Positions 42,301 to 49,702 of a stretch of DNA of 64,000 bases are shown here, piece after piece. Below the pieces are notes generated by a model. The model was not told the origin of the DNA, did not search any database, and worked only from the letters and a program-made list of their open reading frames with translations. This DNA comes from an uncultured Poribacteria bacterium (GTDB lineage: Bacteria > Poribacteria > WGA-4E > WGA-3G): positions 4,736,001-4,800,000 of the forward strand of contig CATQHZ020000001.1 in the NCBI GenBank assembly GCA_958296135.2, in the 5' to 3' direction. Within the stretch, counting starts at the first letter, position 1, and each line of letters opens with the position of its first letter. A program made the position numbers and the translations under genes.

Positions 42301-42511
42301 ACAGAAAAGAGAAGGCATCGCCCTCGCTGCCGAGCTCTTGTCCCTCCCACTTTGCCGCGGCCCCCTGCAAAATCGCTTTGTGCGCGGCTAGGACATCCAA
42401 CACGACAACATGCGGATGTCGTTCCCAGAGCAGCGTTGAGCCCTCCATGTCGGTGAACATCAAGGTGCAGGTTCGGCTAGAGAGATGATGAGGCGCATTG
42501 ATTTCTGACAC
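39374..42511 (-). CDS. Class III adenylate/guanylate cyclase-STAND (NB-ARC-like) ATPase-TPR protein
   Basis: 'MFTDMEGST', 'EGDAF', 'VRIGIHTG'; Walker A 'GAGGIGKT', 'LVLDNFEH'; C-terminal TPRs. Confidence 0.9.
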   Translation of the reverse strand: MSEINAPHHLSSRTCTLMFTDMEGSTLLWERHPHVVVLDVLAAHKAILQGAAAKWEGQELGSEGDAFSFLFDTGSAAVQCAIEVQEALGAHPWPKAVGDVKVRIGIHTGELLFLEEGKHREIQGMPATLTKRITDAGHGGQILLSAATHELVKAHFPRRSFRDLGEHRLKNLSHPERIFQFSVSDTDAFPPLKTMDTLPNNLPAPMTSFIGREAEVAEIVRYLTAGNPRLLTLTGAGGIGKTRLALQSAAELLAHYRHGVWFISLAALVSPDFMLTEIATALAIPLKTEQAESDDVMKQVVAYLAEKELLLVLDNFEHLMEAVMHVNTLLRGCPRVQCLVTSRHVLQISGEQTFRVPPLSVPSADDTCEVLQESESVQLFLARAKAVSPQFKLTGENAAAVGAICRALDGLSLAIELAAARVRGMTPQDILSRLSTQLAFLTTPNRDVPARHQTLIAVMSWSFELLSAEEQRLLGQLSHFSGGFSLEAAEAICSPSVGGVCNPASASSSVGKPEQFLPRSESRAASTLALIFSLHDKSLLITTGARYRLSVPLQLYMREKRQASDAFREAHAAYYLTLARALDKKLRGAAQTDALSEMAQELDNFRAALAFLAAGAAWHPFSQLAVALTQFFYVRGLWGEGVAWLQQAETALRPPEGAVGARCQRVIPANGEEPDDTLAHVLVSLAKFYNTQQQCETARRLCEEALQLFRTAGHRHGVATGLNLLGIIARYQGAPEAADAHFTESLQLAKALGDKWLIAYALDNLGLTAYTHRRFEVAKRLYTESLQLARELGDKRGIAYSLNNLGKTANQQGSHEEAKRYHTESLDIRGQLADKRGIAISLNHLGLIAYRQMAYAEAIGYHTESLAIQRELGDKQGVSYSLSHLGLIAYQQGDDAAAARHYTESLQFAREVAQATATSNMPYLLDSLGKIALRQGNLDDARRCYTESLQLRKEGGYSRDIADSLYQFGRLYRAEGHFERSLLLFFTAARVYAETDAAHTLNARAVQNAMTQLHEHLDDETVERCTSAAETQPLEEIIALCEKMG

Positions 42512-42515
42512 GAAA

Positions 42516-43706
42516 TTACCCTATCCGCTCCGTTCGCGGAGCAGTAACCAAACTTACTAGCAGTGCCATGCCGTAAACCATGCAGGTTTCATCAATATCA
42601 AACTGCGGATGATGGCACATGTTCACGATGCCTTTCTGTTCATTCCCTGCGCCGAGCATGATGAAACAAGCCGGGATTTCCTGCGAATAGCAGCCGAAAT
42701 CCTCGCCGCCGAGCACGGGGGCCATCGGGAAAACGATGTTCTCTTCTCCAACTAACCGGCGCGCAGCCGAAAGCGCAGCGGTAACGCACGACTCATGATT
42801 GTAAGTCACCGGACAGCCTTCCTGATAGGCAAATGTATATGTTGCATCATAGGCAGCCGCCACGCCTGCAAGGCGGCGCTCTAATGCCGCTTTGATGTGC
42901 GTCTGCACAGTTTTTTCCAACGTGCGCACGGTGCCACCGAGCTCCACGGCGGCAGGAATAACGTTCTTGGCATCGCCGCCGTGGAACTGCGTCACACTGA
43001 CGACAGCGGAGTCTAGCGGATTAACGTTCCGTGCAACGATGGATTGCACCGCCGTCACAAACTGCGCGCCTATCACAACCGCATCTACGGTGAGATGGGG
43101 GAACGCAGCATGTCCGCCTTTGCCGGTGAGAGTTACCTCAAACGTATCCGATTGCGCGAGCATCGGGCCCGTGCACGTAGCATAGTGGCCAACAGGAAAG
43201 AGCGGAAAAACGTGGAGGCCGTATATTTCGTCCACCTCTTCCAGCACGCCGTCGGCCATCATCGCCGTCGCGCCACCGGGGAATACCTCCTCACTGGGTT
43301 GGAAAATGAATCTGACGTGTGCCTGGCGCTGGTTCTTGAAGTGTGAGAGAATTCTCGCTGCGCCGATGAGCATCGCCGTGTGCGCGTCGTGCCCACAGAG
43401 ATGTGCCTTGCCATCAAACTTTGAGCGATACGGACTCTCCGTGAGCTCCTGAATGGGGAGGGCATCCATATCGGCGCGGAGAGCAATCCGTCGCGTTGCA
43501 CCCGGTGCCTCCAAGTCCCCGACAACACCTGTTCTGCCAACCCCGGTTCTCACCGGTATGTTGAGCGCGCGCAGTGCGTCCGCCGCAATACCCGCGGTGC
43601 GTTCCACATCAAAGCCCAATTCAGGGTGCTGATGGATATCGCGCCGGATGGCGACGATGTCATCAAAATGGCGGTGGCACTGTTCAAAAATTACGTTTTT
43701 CATCAT
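42516..43706 (-). CDS. M20D family amidohydrolase
   Basis: 'HQHPELGF', 'RADMDALP', 'HLCGHDAH', 'FQPSEE', 'GEDF', 'HHPQF'. Confidence 0.93.
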   Translation of the reverse strand: MMKNVIFEQCHRHFDDIVAIRRDIHQHPELGFDVERTAGIAADALRALNIPVRTGVGRTGVVGDLEAPGATRRIALRADMDALPIQELTESPYRSKFDGKAHLCGHDAHTAMLIGAARILSHFKNQRQAHVRFIFQPSEEVFPGGATAMMADGVLEEVDEIYGLHVFPLFPVGHYATCTGPMLAQSDTFEVTLTGKGGHAAFPHLTVDAVVIGAQFVTAVQSIVARNVNPLDSAVVSVTQFHGGDAKNVIPAAVELGGTVRTLEKTVQTHIKAALERRLAGVAAAYDATYTFAYQEGCPVTYNHESCVTAALSAARRLVGEENIVFPMAPVLGGEDFGCYSQEIPACFIMLGAGNEQKGIVNMCHHPQFDIDETCMVYGMALLVSLVTAPRTERIG

Positions 43707-43746
43707 AGCACGACTCTGTCAGGACTTAGCAAATGCCATCATTGGT

Positions 43747-45321
43747 TTAAAAGATGAAGGTTCGTCTCAGAATACTCCGATGCCCCTGTTCATTCTCAAG
43801 CCGATAGATGACGGTATACACCCCCGGCAAGGTGGCAAAGGCGGCACTGTCAAGTGTCGGAGTCAATTCAATTGCCGTTGTGCCATCATCAGGGATATCC
43901 CAATGCGCTGTCATAGGGCCGTAGCACCGCTCGCCGAGGGGATTGAGGACTTTCCACGTCAGCGTTAACCGCTTGGGCCGCGGCGGATTGTTCACATACA
44001 CCGTAATCCTGTCATCCAAATTCCCTTTGGCGGCACCGAGTGTGCCGAGCTGAGATAACATTTTCTCTGTCAATGTCATCGGCGGCACGTATTCTAGGTA
44101 ACCTTTGCCGGGGATGGCGCGCCAGGTACCGCCTGTCGCCAATGCAAGCTGTTTGACAGGCAGATAGTCAAGCCCGATGACATCTACGCGGATGTTCTGT
44201 TGCTGGAGGGTTTCAATTACCTCGTCTAAACTGTAGGCAGAGCGGCCGTCGTAATCCGCGTCGTGAAACGCCGCGTCACTAGCAAAGAGGAAAAGCCGTT
44301 GCGCGCCGCGCCGGAAGGGACGCTGCGTGACAGCTGCCATGAGTGCGTCTAAGCCGGCTTCTGTCAAATCTCCGCCGCCCTCAACGCGTATCTGAAACAG
44401 CCAATTTTTGAAGGTGCCCAGCGCATCGGTAGGGTGGAGATGGAACGCTGTCCGCACCTTATCGCTGAAAGTGACGAGACTGAAGGTGGCATCGTGTCCA
44501 TCGCGTGCCAGCGCGTCAAACAAAAACGCAACATAGGCGCGGATGCCGCGGATATTGTCGCTCATACTCCCGGTCTCATCGAGAATGAAGACGACATCAA
44601 CTTTCTTCGCTGTTGCGGCAGCAGCGAATTCACGGGCGATTTCTTTCATCATCGTGACGTAAACGCCGCCGACATTGGCAGAACCGGTAGCACTACCGCC
44701 GCCACTACCGCCACCGCCGCCCCATGAGTTGCCCATCCCTGATGTGCGGAAAACGTCGCCGCGTGTACCGGCATAATAGACGTTCGGCGCGCCCACCGAG
44801 GGCGAAGCAGCGTTGTTGAGCGTAGAGCCCTCGCTGTTTAACGCGATAGGGTTCGTTTCGCCCCGCGGCTCCACGCGGGCTGTGGTGTGTCTCGGTGGTG
44901 GCGCGACGCGCTCGGGGCGCAGGTTCACTCGGGTAGCACGCGGCGTTTCCTCGGAAATGATATGATGCGATGAAATGTCAGTTCTTCTGCCGACAGAATC
45001 TTCGCGGGCTCGGACTGTGGTGGAGACTTCCTCGTCACGCCATTCGGTGTTCAACCCGGGTATCGGTTTGGGTGGCGCGGGCGGTTTTACGATTGACGGC
45101 TCCGGTTCAACAGGCGCGGGCGGTTTGAACTCGGGTTTTGGCGGTTCCTCTTCAGGCCGATGGACATGGTAGATTGAGAGCTCCTGTCCAAACTGCACAC
45201 GTTCCAGCTGCACACGTTCTGGCACGAGTCGCCACACGCCAATGAGCAACGCGACGTGGATAAGGAGCGAGTAGAGGAGATAGTGACGGGCTGTTTTTCG
45301 GTTTTTCATAATACGATTCAT
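43747..45321 (-). CDS. vWA-domain protein with TonB-like TM anchor and Pro-rich linker
   Basis: 'YSLLIHVALL' (SxxxH), Pro-rich linker, Gly-rich spacer, MIDAS 'DETGS', 'GGGD..E.GLDAL'. Confidence 0.8.
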   Translation of the reverse strand: MNRIMKNRKTARHYLLYSLLIHVALLIGVWRLVPERVQLERVQFGQELSIYHVHRPEEEPPKPEFKPPAPVEPEPSIVKPPAPPKPIPGLNTEWRDEEVSTTVRAREDSVGRRTDISSHHIISEETPRATRVNLRPERVAPPPRHTTARVEPRGETNPIALNSEGSTLNNAASPSVGAPNVYYAGTRGDVFRTSGMGNSWGGGGGSGGGSATGSANVGGVYVTMMKEIAREFAAAATAKKVDVVFILDETGSMSDNIRGIRAYVAFLFDALARDGHDATFSLVTFSDKVRTAFHLHPTDALGTFKNWLFQIRVEGGGDLTEAGLDALMAAVTQRPFRRGAQRLFLFASDAAFHDADYDGRSAYSLDEVIETLQQQNIRVDVIGLDYLPVKQLALATGGTWRAIPGKGYLEYVPPMTLTEKMLSQLGTLGAAKGNLDDRITVYVNNPPRPKRLTLTWKVLNPLGERCYGPMTAHWDIPDDGTTAIELTPTLDSAAFATLPGVYTVIYRLENEQGHRSILRRTFIF

Positions 45322-45531
45322 CCCTCGTGGGAACGTAGCGCGGGGGCCTGTCCGCCGCCGTGCTTACCTTGATGAACTCGCGCTACGTAAAGAGAAACTT
45401 GTTAATAATTCACGCCTTTTGTGACACCATGCCCGCAAGAATGCCGAGCAGTTTGTCGCACCGTTCGATGGTGTAGACAGACATCTCTATATGGAGTTCC
45501 TGCCCTATCAATTTGAGAAAGAGCCACTCTA

Positions 45532-45730
45532 CCGCACTACATAACCTATGAGCATCTCGTCAAATGTAGACTTATCTGGAAACCTGTGCAAAGTCTACGA
45601 GTCTCTGAGAGGTCAGCGGTTTCCTGCTTCTTCCGCGCACACGCGGGTTCTGATGCCAGCCTACCAAAGTAGGTGTGACAGCATCTCCACAGGCGTTTAG
45701 ACTCTCGTCCGTGCTAGACGCGAGTTGTCG
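45532..45730 (-). ncRNA. Predicted omegaRNA (reRNA) scaffold overlapping the tnpB 3' end; guide reads into the flank
   Basis: Located at the element right end; contains AACGCCTGTGGAG typical of tnpB 3' ends; 5' boundary approximate. Confidence 0.55.
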
Positions 45731-46801
45731 AAGGTTTATAGCGGCGTTAACATCCCGATCTTCAACGAATCCACACACACCGCAGTGGTAGTCTCTGTCC
45801 TTGAGCGTCAGTTTGAATTCGCCACGTTTGACGTATCCACAGGAACTGCATCGCTGGGTAGAGGGCCAGAACTTATCTGCTGACACAATACGGATACCCC
45901 GGCGCACCGCTTTGTATTTAAGTTTGACGAGAAAACCACCGAGGCTTGCGTCAGCGAGTGCCTTGCTAAGCTTGCGATTTTTCATCAAACCTTTCACGGT
46001 GAGGCTCTCGATGCCAAGTGCCGAGATGCCTTGCAGGATGCGATGTGTCGCCTGATGATGCGCATCGCTACGGATATTTGCGATACGGGCATGCAGGCGG
46101 GCGAGGCGTTCCTTCGCCTGCCACCAGTTGCGGCTCAGGAACGTCTTGCGGGAGAGTGCCTTATTTGCACGGCGCAGTTTGCGTTCATTGACGCGCAAGG
46201 CACGCGGATTTTCATAGACAGTGCCATCGTCCATCGTGGCGAGGGCAGAGATGCCGACATCACAACCTGCAGGAGGCAGTGCTGACGTGTCGGGCGGTTC
46301 CGGGACATCAACTTCGACGAGGATGCTGATAAACCAGGTGCTTGCCTTTCGCGATACGAAGGCGCGGCGAATCTCGCCGACATAGCGTGGTTTCTCTCGC
46401 AACCTCACATGCCCTATTTTCGGGAGGACAGCAGCGTTGCCATCCTCCGTGATACGGACACTGCCAACCCCGTTGTCAATTTGGAACGATGGCTTTGATT
46501 TATGCGTCTTCCGCTTGGGACGATTGTTCTGTCCGGACTTCCAACGTTGGCGAGCATCCTCAAAGGCGTGGATGGCATTCTTACCGGCGTTCTGCGAGCA
46601 GTCCGCGAATTCGGGGAACACGTCACGTTTGCGAGAGTTGAATGCCTTCTTAATGTCGTAGACAGACATCCAACGCGCTGCGTCACGGGATTCCGAGTGC
46701 GCCGCATTATAGGCGACACGGGCGAAATCCACGTGACGACAGAACATCGCAACTTGTGCCTCGCTAGGTTTGAGTGCTATCTTCTGGGCTCGTAGTGCCA
46801 T
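45572..46801 (-). CDS. tnpB: RNA-guided endonuclease TnpB
   Basis: RuvC-I 'GCDVG', RuvC-II 'GIESL', Zn finger CSSC/CGVC, RuvC-III 'DRDVNAAIN'; N-terminal HTH 'RAQKIALKP...ARVAYN'. Confidence 0.93.
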   Translation of the reverse strand: MALRAQKIALKPSEAQVAMFCRHVDFARVAYNAAHSESRDAARWMSVYDIKKAFNSRKRDVFPEFADCSQNAGKNAIHAFEDARQRWKSGQNNRPKRKTHKSKPSFQIDNGVGSVRITEDGNAAVLPKIGHVRLREKPRYVGEIRRAFVSRKASTWFISILVEVDVPEPPDTSALPPAGCDVGISALATMDDGTVYENPRALRVNERKLRRANKALSRKTFLSRNWWQAKERLARLHARIANIRSDAHHQATHRILQGISALGIESLTVKGLMKNRKLSKALADASLGGFLVKLKYKAVRRGIRIVSADKFWPSTQRCSSCGYVKRGEFKLTLKDRDYHCGVCGFVEDRDVNAAINLRQLASSTDESLNACGDAVTPTLVGWHQNPRVRGRSRKPLTSQRLVDFAQVSR

Positions 46802-47553
46802 AGCGTCACCGTTCCCGTTGGGTGTCACCTGCTGCTAGATAGGTGGGGCGAGAGACACGGCGGGATGCCGCGCCTAGCAGTCTCGCCCCCAACGGTAACT
46901 ACATTCTACCACAAATCCACGCCGATAGCAAATAAAAATGCACACTGCTAGATTAGGGCAGGTTATCCTAGTATCTCATAGAGTTCTCGCCACTGCACCG
47001 AGCCCCTGTCGTCGTCGCCCCATAAATGCACGGAATGTCGTTTCCTTTCTCCCCATTAAAGCGTTGGGCAGCCAGCATCTCCGCGATGCACTGCCCGAAT
47101 CCTTCCGTCAGATTGTCCCTTTTCGCCTCAACGAGGATGATGGCGGGGGCCTTCAAAGAAAGCTGGTCTGGTGACAGACTGACGAGGAAATCGCACACGC
47201 CAACGAGTCCTTTTTCATCGTCAACGTTAAAGTCAATTCCTGAAAAGAGGCTGATGCGATAGTCAAAGTGCACACAGAGTTCAACGAGCACATCAACGAC
47301 AATGAGTTCGGACTTCGCCTTCTCTGTGCCGATAGCCACGGCGAGGGGCACATTTCGCTTCAGCCCTTCCGTGAGATGGGCACTCGGTGCCACCGGTTCA
47401 ATGTCTGAAAAGATACCGCGCGACAGAACAGTTTCCAATTGAAACGTCTCCCGCACCGAGTCAAACGTAAAGTGGCTATAGGGCATGCGAAAAACCTCCT
47501 CTATTATCATTTAGCATAACATGTCTTTCGGCGAATTGCAAGCCATCTCGCAT

Positions 47554-48501
47554 CTACAGATGGAATTCTACCACGTCGCCATCATAAACCACATCGTTGC
47601 GGCTGACAGGTTGCCCGGCGTGCCACTGCGGGCCCCAGATGCGCGCGAATCGGAACTCGGCGAAATCTTTGTGTAAGCCGGTAGCGGCATCTAACACCGT
47701 CGCGCCAACAGGGAGAACAATCGGAGCGTCGCGTTCTATCGGTTTGCCGGGTGCTTTCGGATAGATGCGCACGATGTCTAGCGCGCCGTATAACCTTTTT
47801 AACAGCCGGTCTTTGCCGTCGCCGGTTACGGCAGAAATGGGGTAAAGCTGCACGGATTCTCCATAAAACTCAGCGAGAATCTCCAAGCGTGCCTCTGCAT
47901 CCGCCGCGTCTAATTGGTTCGCAACGACGAAGGGTGTCCCATCGCCGAGCCCCGCCTCGTCAAGCACGGCAAACACCATCTCCAAGTCATCTAACAGTTC
48001 ATCGCTGGCGAGGCTGATGACGATAAGCACCAGATCGGCGTTTCGGGCAAGCGTCAGCACCGTCGGCGAAACGAAATCTGGCACGAGGGAAGGCGTATCG
48101 ATAAGTTGGAATTGGATGTTTTCATAAGGGAGCATCCCGACGAGCGGCGCGGTTGTCGTGTAGGGTGTAGGTGAAACGTCAGGCTTCGCTTTGGTAAAGG
48201 CGGCGAGCAGCCGCGATTTGCCGACGTTCGGTGGCCCGAGCAGCACAATTTGCCCAGCACCCTGCTTCGGGATGTGTTCGCTGTATCCCTTCCGCGTGCC
48301 TTTTTTGCCACCGGCCGCCGACGCGCCCTTTTTGAGTCTGGCGATGCGCCGCCGCAGGTCGGACACAACTTTCTCTGAACCTTTGTGCTTAGGAATGATG
48401 CGCAGCATTTCCTCTAACAGCACCAGTCGTTCCGCATCGGTTTTCGCCGCTTCGTGTTCATGTTTGAGTTTATAGTACGTGGGTGGCAGGTTTGCTGGCA
48501 T
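47554..48501 (-). CDS. DRG/OBG-family GTPase with TGS domain
   Basis: 'MPANLPP', 'PKHKGSEK', G1 GPPNVGKS, G2 PYTT, G3 DTPS, C-terminal TGS 'ARIWG...DGDVVEFH'. Confidence 0.85.
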   Translation of the reverse strand: MPANLPPTYYKLKHEHEAAKTDAERLVLLEEMLRIIPKHKGSEKVVSDLRRRIARLKKGASAAGGKKGTRKGYSEHIPKQGAGQIVLLGPPNVGKSRLLAAFTKAKPDVSPTPYTTTAPLVGMLPYENIQFQLIDTPSLVPDFVSPTVLTLARNADLVLIVISLASDELLDDLEMVFAVLDEAGLGDGTPFVVANQLDAADAEARLEILAEFYGESVQLYPISAVTGDGKDRLLKRLYGALDIVRIYPKAPGKPIERDAPIVLPVGATVLDAATGLHKDFAEFRFARIWGPQWHAGQPVSRNDVVYDGDVVEFHL

Positions 48502-48521
48502 GGTAGCCCTCCGCAATTCCG

Positions 48522-49058
48522 TTAGAGTTTTTGTTGTTTGAGAGTCTCCAATTCCCGAATCAGCCCATCAATCTGCTTTTGCTGTGCCGCGATTCTCGCG
48601 TCTCGCGCGCGGGCTTCGCGATGCTGCGCTTCAACTTGCTTTTGCTGCGCTTCGATTTTTGCGTTTTGCGAGCGTTCGCCTCGCCGCTGTAAGGTAGCGA
48701 TAATCTGCGGAAGCCCGACAACCACAGCAATGAACGTGAGCAACAAGAGGAAATTCCGGTCTTTCCGTTTATTCGTTTCGTCGACTTGGAGCATCACTTT
48801 CCCCGTTTCTTGGGAGGTGTGTTCCTTGCTTCGCGCCTCGGACGCGGCGATTTCCGTGCGCAGCCGTTCATGCTCCGTGCGCAGCAGTTCCATCTCCGCG
48901 CGCAGCAGTTTTTCCATTGCAGCGTTCTCCGCGCGCATCCGGTCTTCGGATTCCTTAACAATCGCACGGATTTTTTCCAAATCGTCAACATCCAGCGCAC
49001 CGAACGTTGACGTGCTTATGAGCCAGAGCCCGATGACAAAAATCAGTCCGAATTTCAT
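48522..49058 (-). CDS. Secreted/membrane coiled-coil hypothetical protein (paralog 1)
   Basis: Signal peptide plus 'GALDVDDLEKIRAIVKESEDR', one TM, coiled coils; RBS AAAGGAGG. Confidence 0.75.
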   Translation of the reverse strand: MKFGLIFVIGLWLISTSTFGALDVDDLEKIRAIVKESEDRMRAENAAMEKLLRAEMELLRTEHERLRTEIAASEARSKEHTSQETGKVMLQVDETNKRKDRNFLLLLTFIAVVVGLPQIIATLQRRGERSQNAKIEAQQKQVEAQHREARARDARIAAQQKQIDGLIRELETLKQQKL

Positions 49059-49124
49059 GTGTGCCTCCTTTCGCAGAGCAACGCGAGAACCCGCGGCTAC
49101 CCGCCAGCGCGCGGCGCGCTAGCC

Positions 49125-49526
49125 CTATCGGAAAAGCCCCTGCTGTTTGAGCAGCTCCAACTCGCGGTTCATGCCTTCAAGCTGCTGTTGCAGTGCCTCA
49201 ATCACCCGTTGTTGCTCCTGAAGCTGCTGTTGTTGCTGGTGGAGCTGCGCGTCCCGATCTCGCTCTTTGCGCAACTGGAACGCAACGAGCGTCAGCGGAA
49301 TACCGGTAACTACAGCAACAAACCCAAATAGAGCCACTAGCAGCGTGAAGTTCCGGTCCAACTGCTTATTCATCCGAGCCTCGGACGCAGCGTTCTCCGC
49401 GCGCAACCGGTCTTCGGATTCCTTAACAATCGCACGGATTTTCTCCAAATCGTCGACATCTAGCGCACCGAATGCCAACGGCCCTCCGAACCATATTGAC
49501 ATCAAAAAAAACAACCCAAATTTCAT
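49125..49526 (-). CDS. Secreted/membrane coiled-coil hypothetical protein (paralog 2)
   Basis: Identical 21-aa motif and identical RBS context to 48522-49058. Confidence 0.75.
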   Translation of the reverse strand: MKFGLFFLMSIWFGGPLAFGALDVDDLEKIRAIVKESEDRLRAENAASEARMNKQLDRNFTLLVALFGFVAVVTGIPLTLVAFQLRKERDRDAQLHQQQQQLQEQQRVIEALQQQLEGMNRELELLKQQGLFR

Positions 49527-49702
49527 GTGTGCCTCCTTTGGAGCGGTGATGATGCCGCTTGCTCAAACTTTACATTAGTTTAACATATATTCCCGCGCGT
49601 TGCAAGTTATTTTTGCTGTCTGAAACCTCAGGTTGCAATCTGTTTCAAAATCCTTTACAATAGAAATGTTTATACACTATAGGATACACCCAACTGGAAC
49701 GT

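Larger units (their letters stand above)
45532..47002 (-). mobile_element. Non-autonomous IS607-like (tnpB-only) element, about 1.47 kb
   Basis: Ends defined by the split gene; GG at both junctions (acagg-GG-ctcggt...gtagtgc-GG-tagag), no longer TSD, no tnpA. Confidence 0.85.
45410..47486 (-). pseudogene. PD-(D/E)xK nuclease-like gene split by the TnpB element (47486-47003 plus 45531-45410)
   Basis: Joining the pieces gives ...GATTTG-VEWLFLKL...MVSQKA*, 606 bp, the same length as and homologous to 52066-52671. Confidence 0.92.

Noticed and set aside
45532-47002. IStron (group I intron-IS607 chimera) that would splice and restore the host gene
   Set aside because: Only about 200 nt precede tnpB, partly promoter, and no group I core motifs were recognised. 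An Infernal search or RT-PCR would be decisive.
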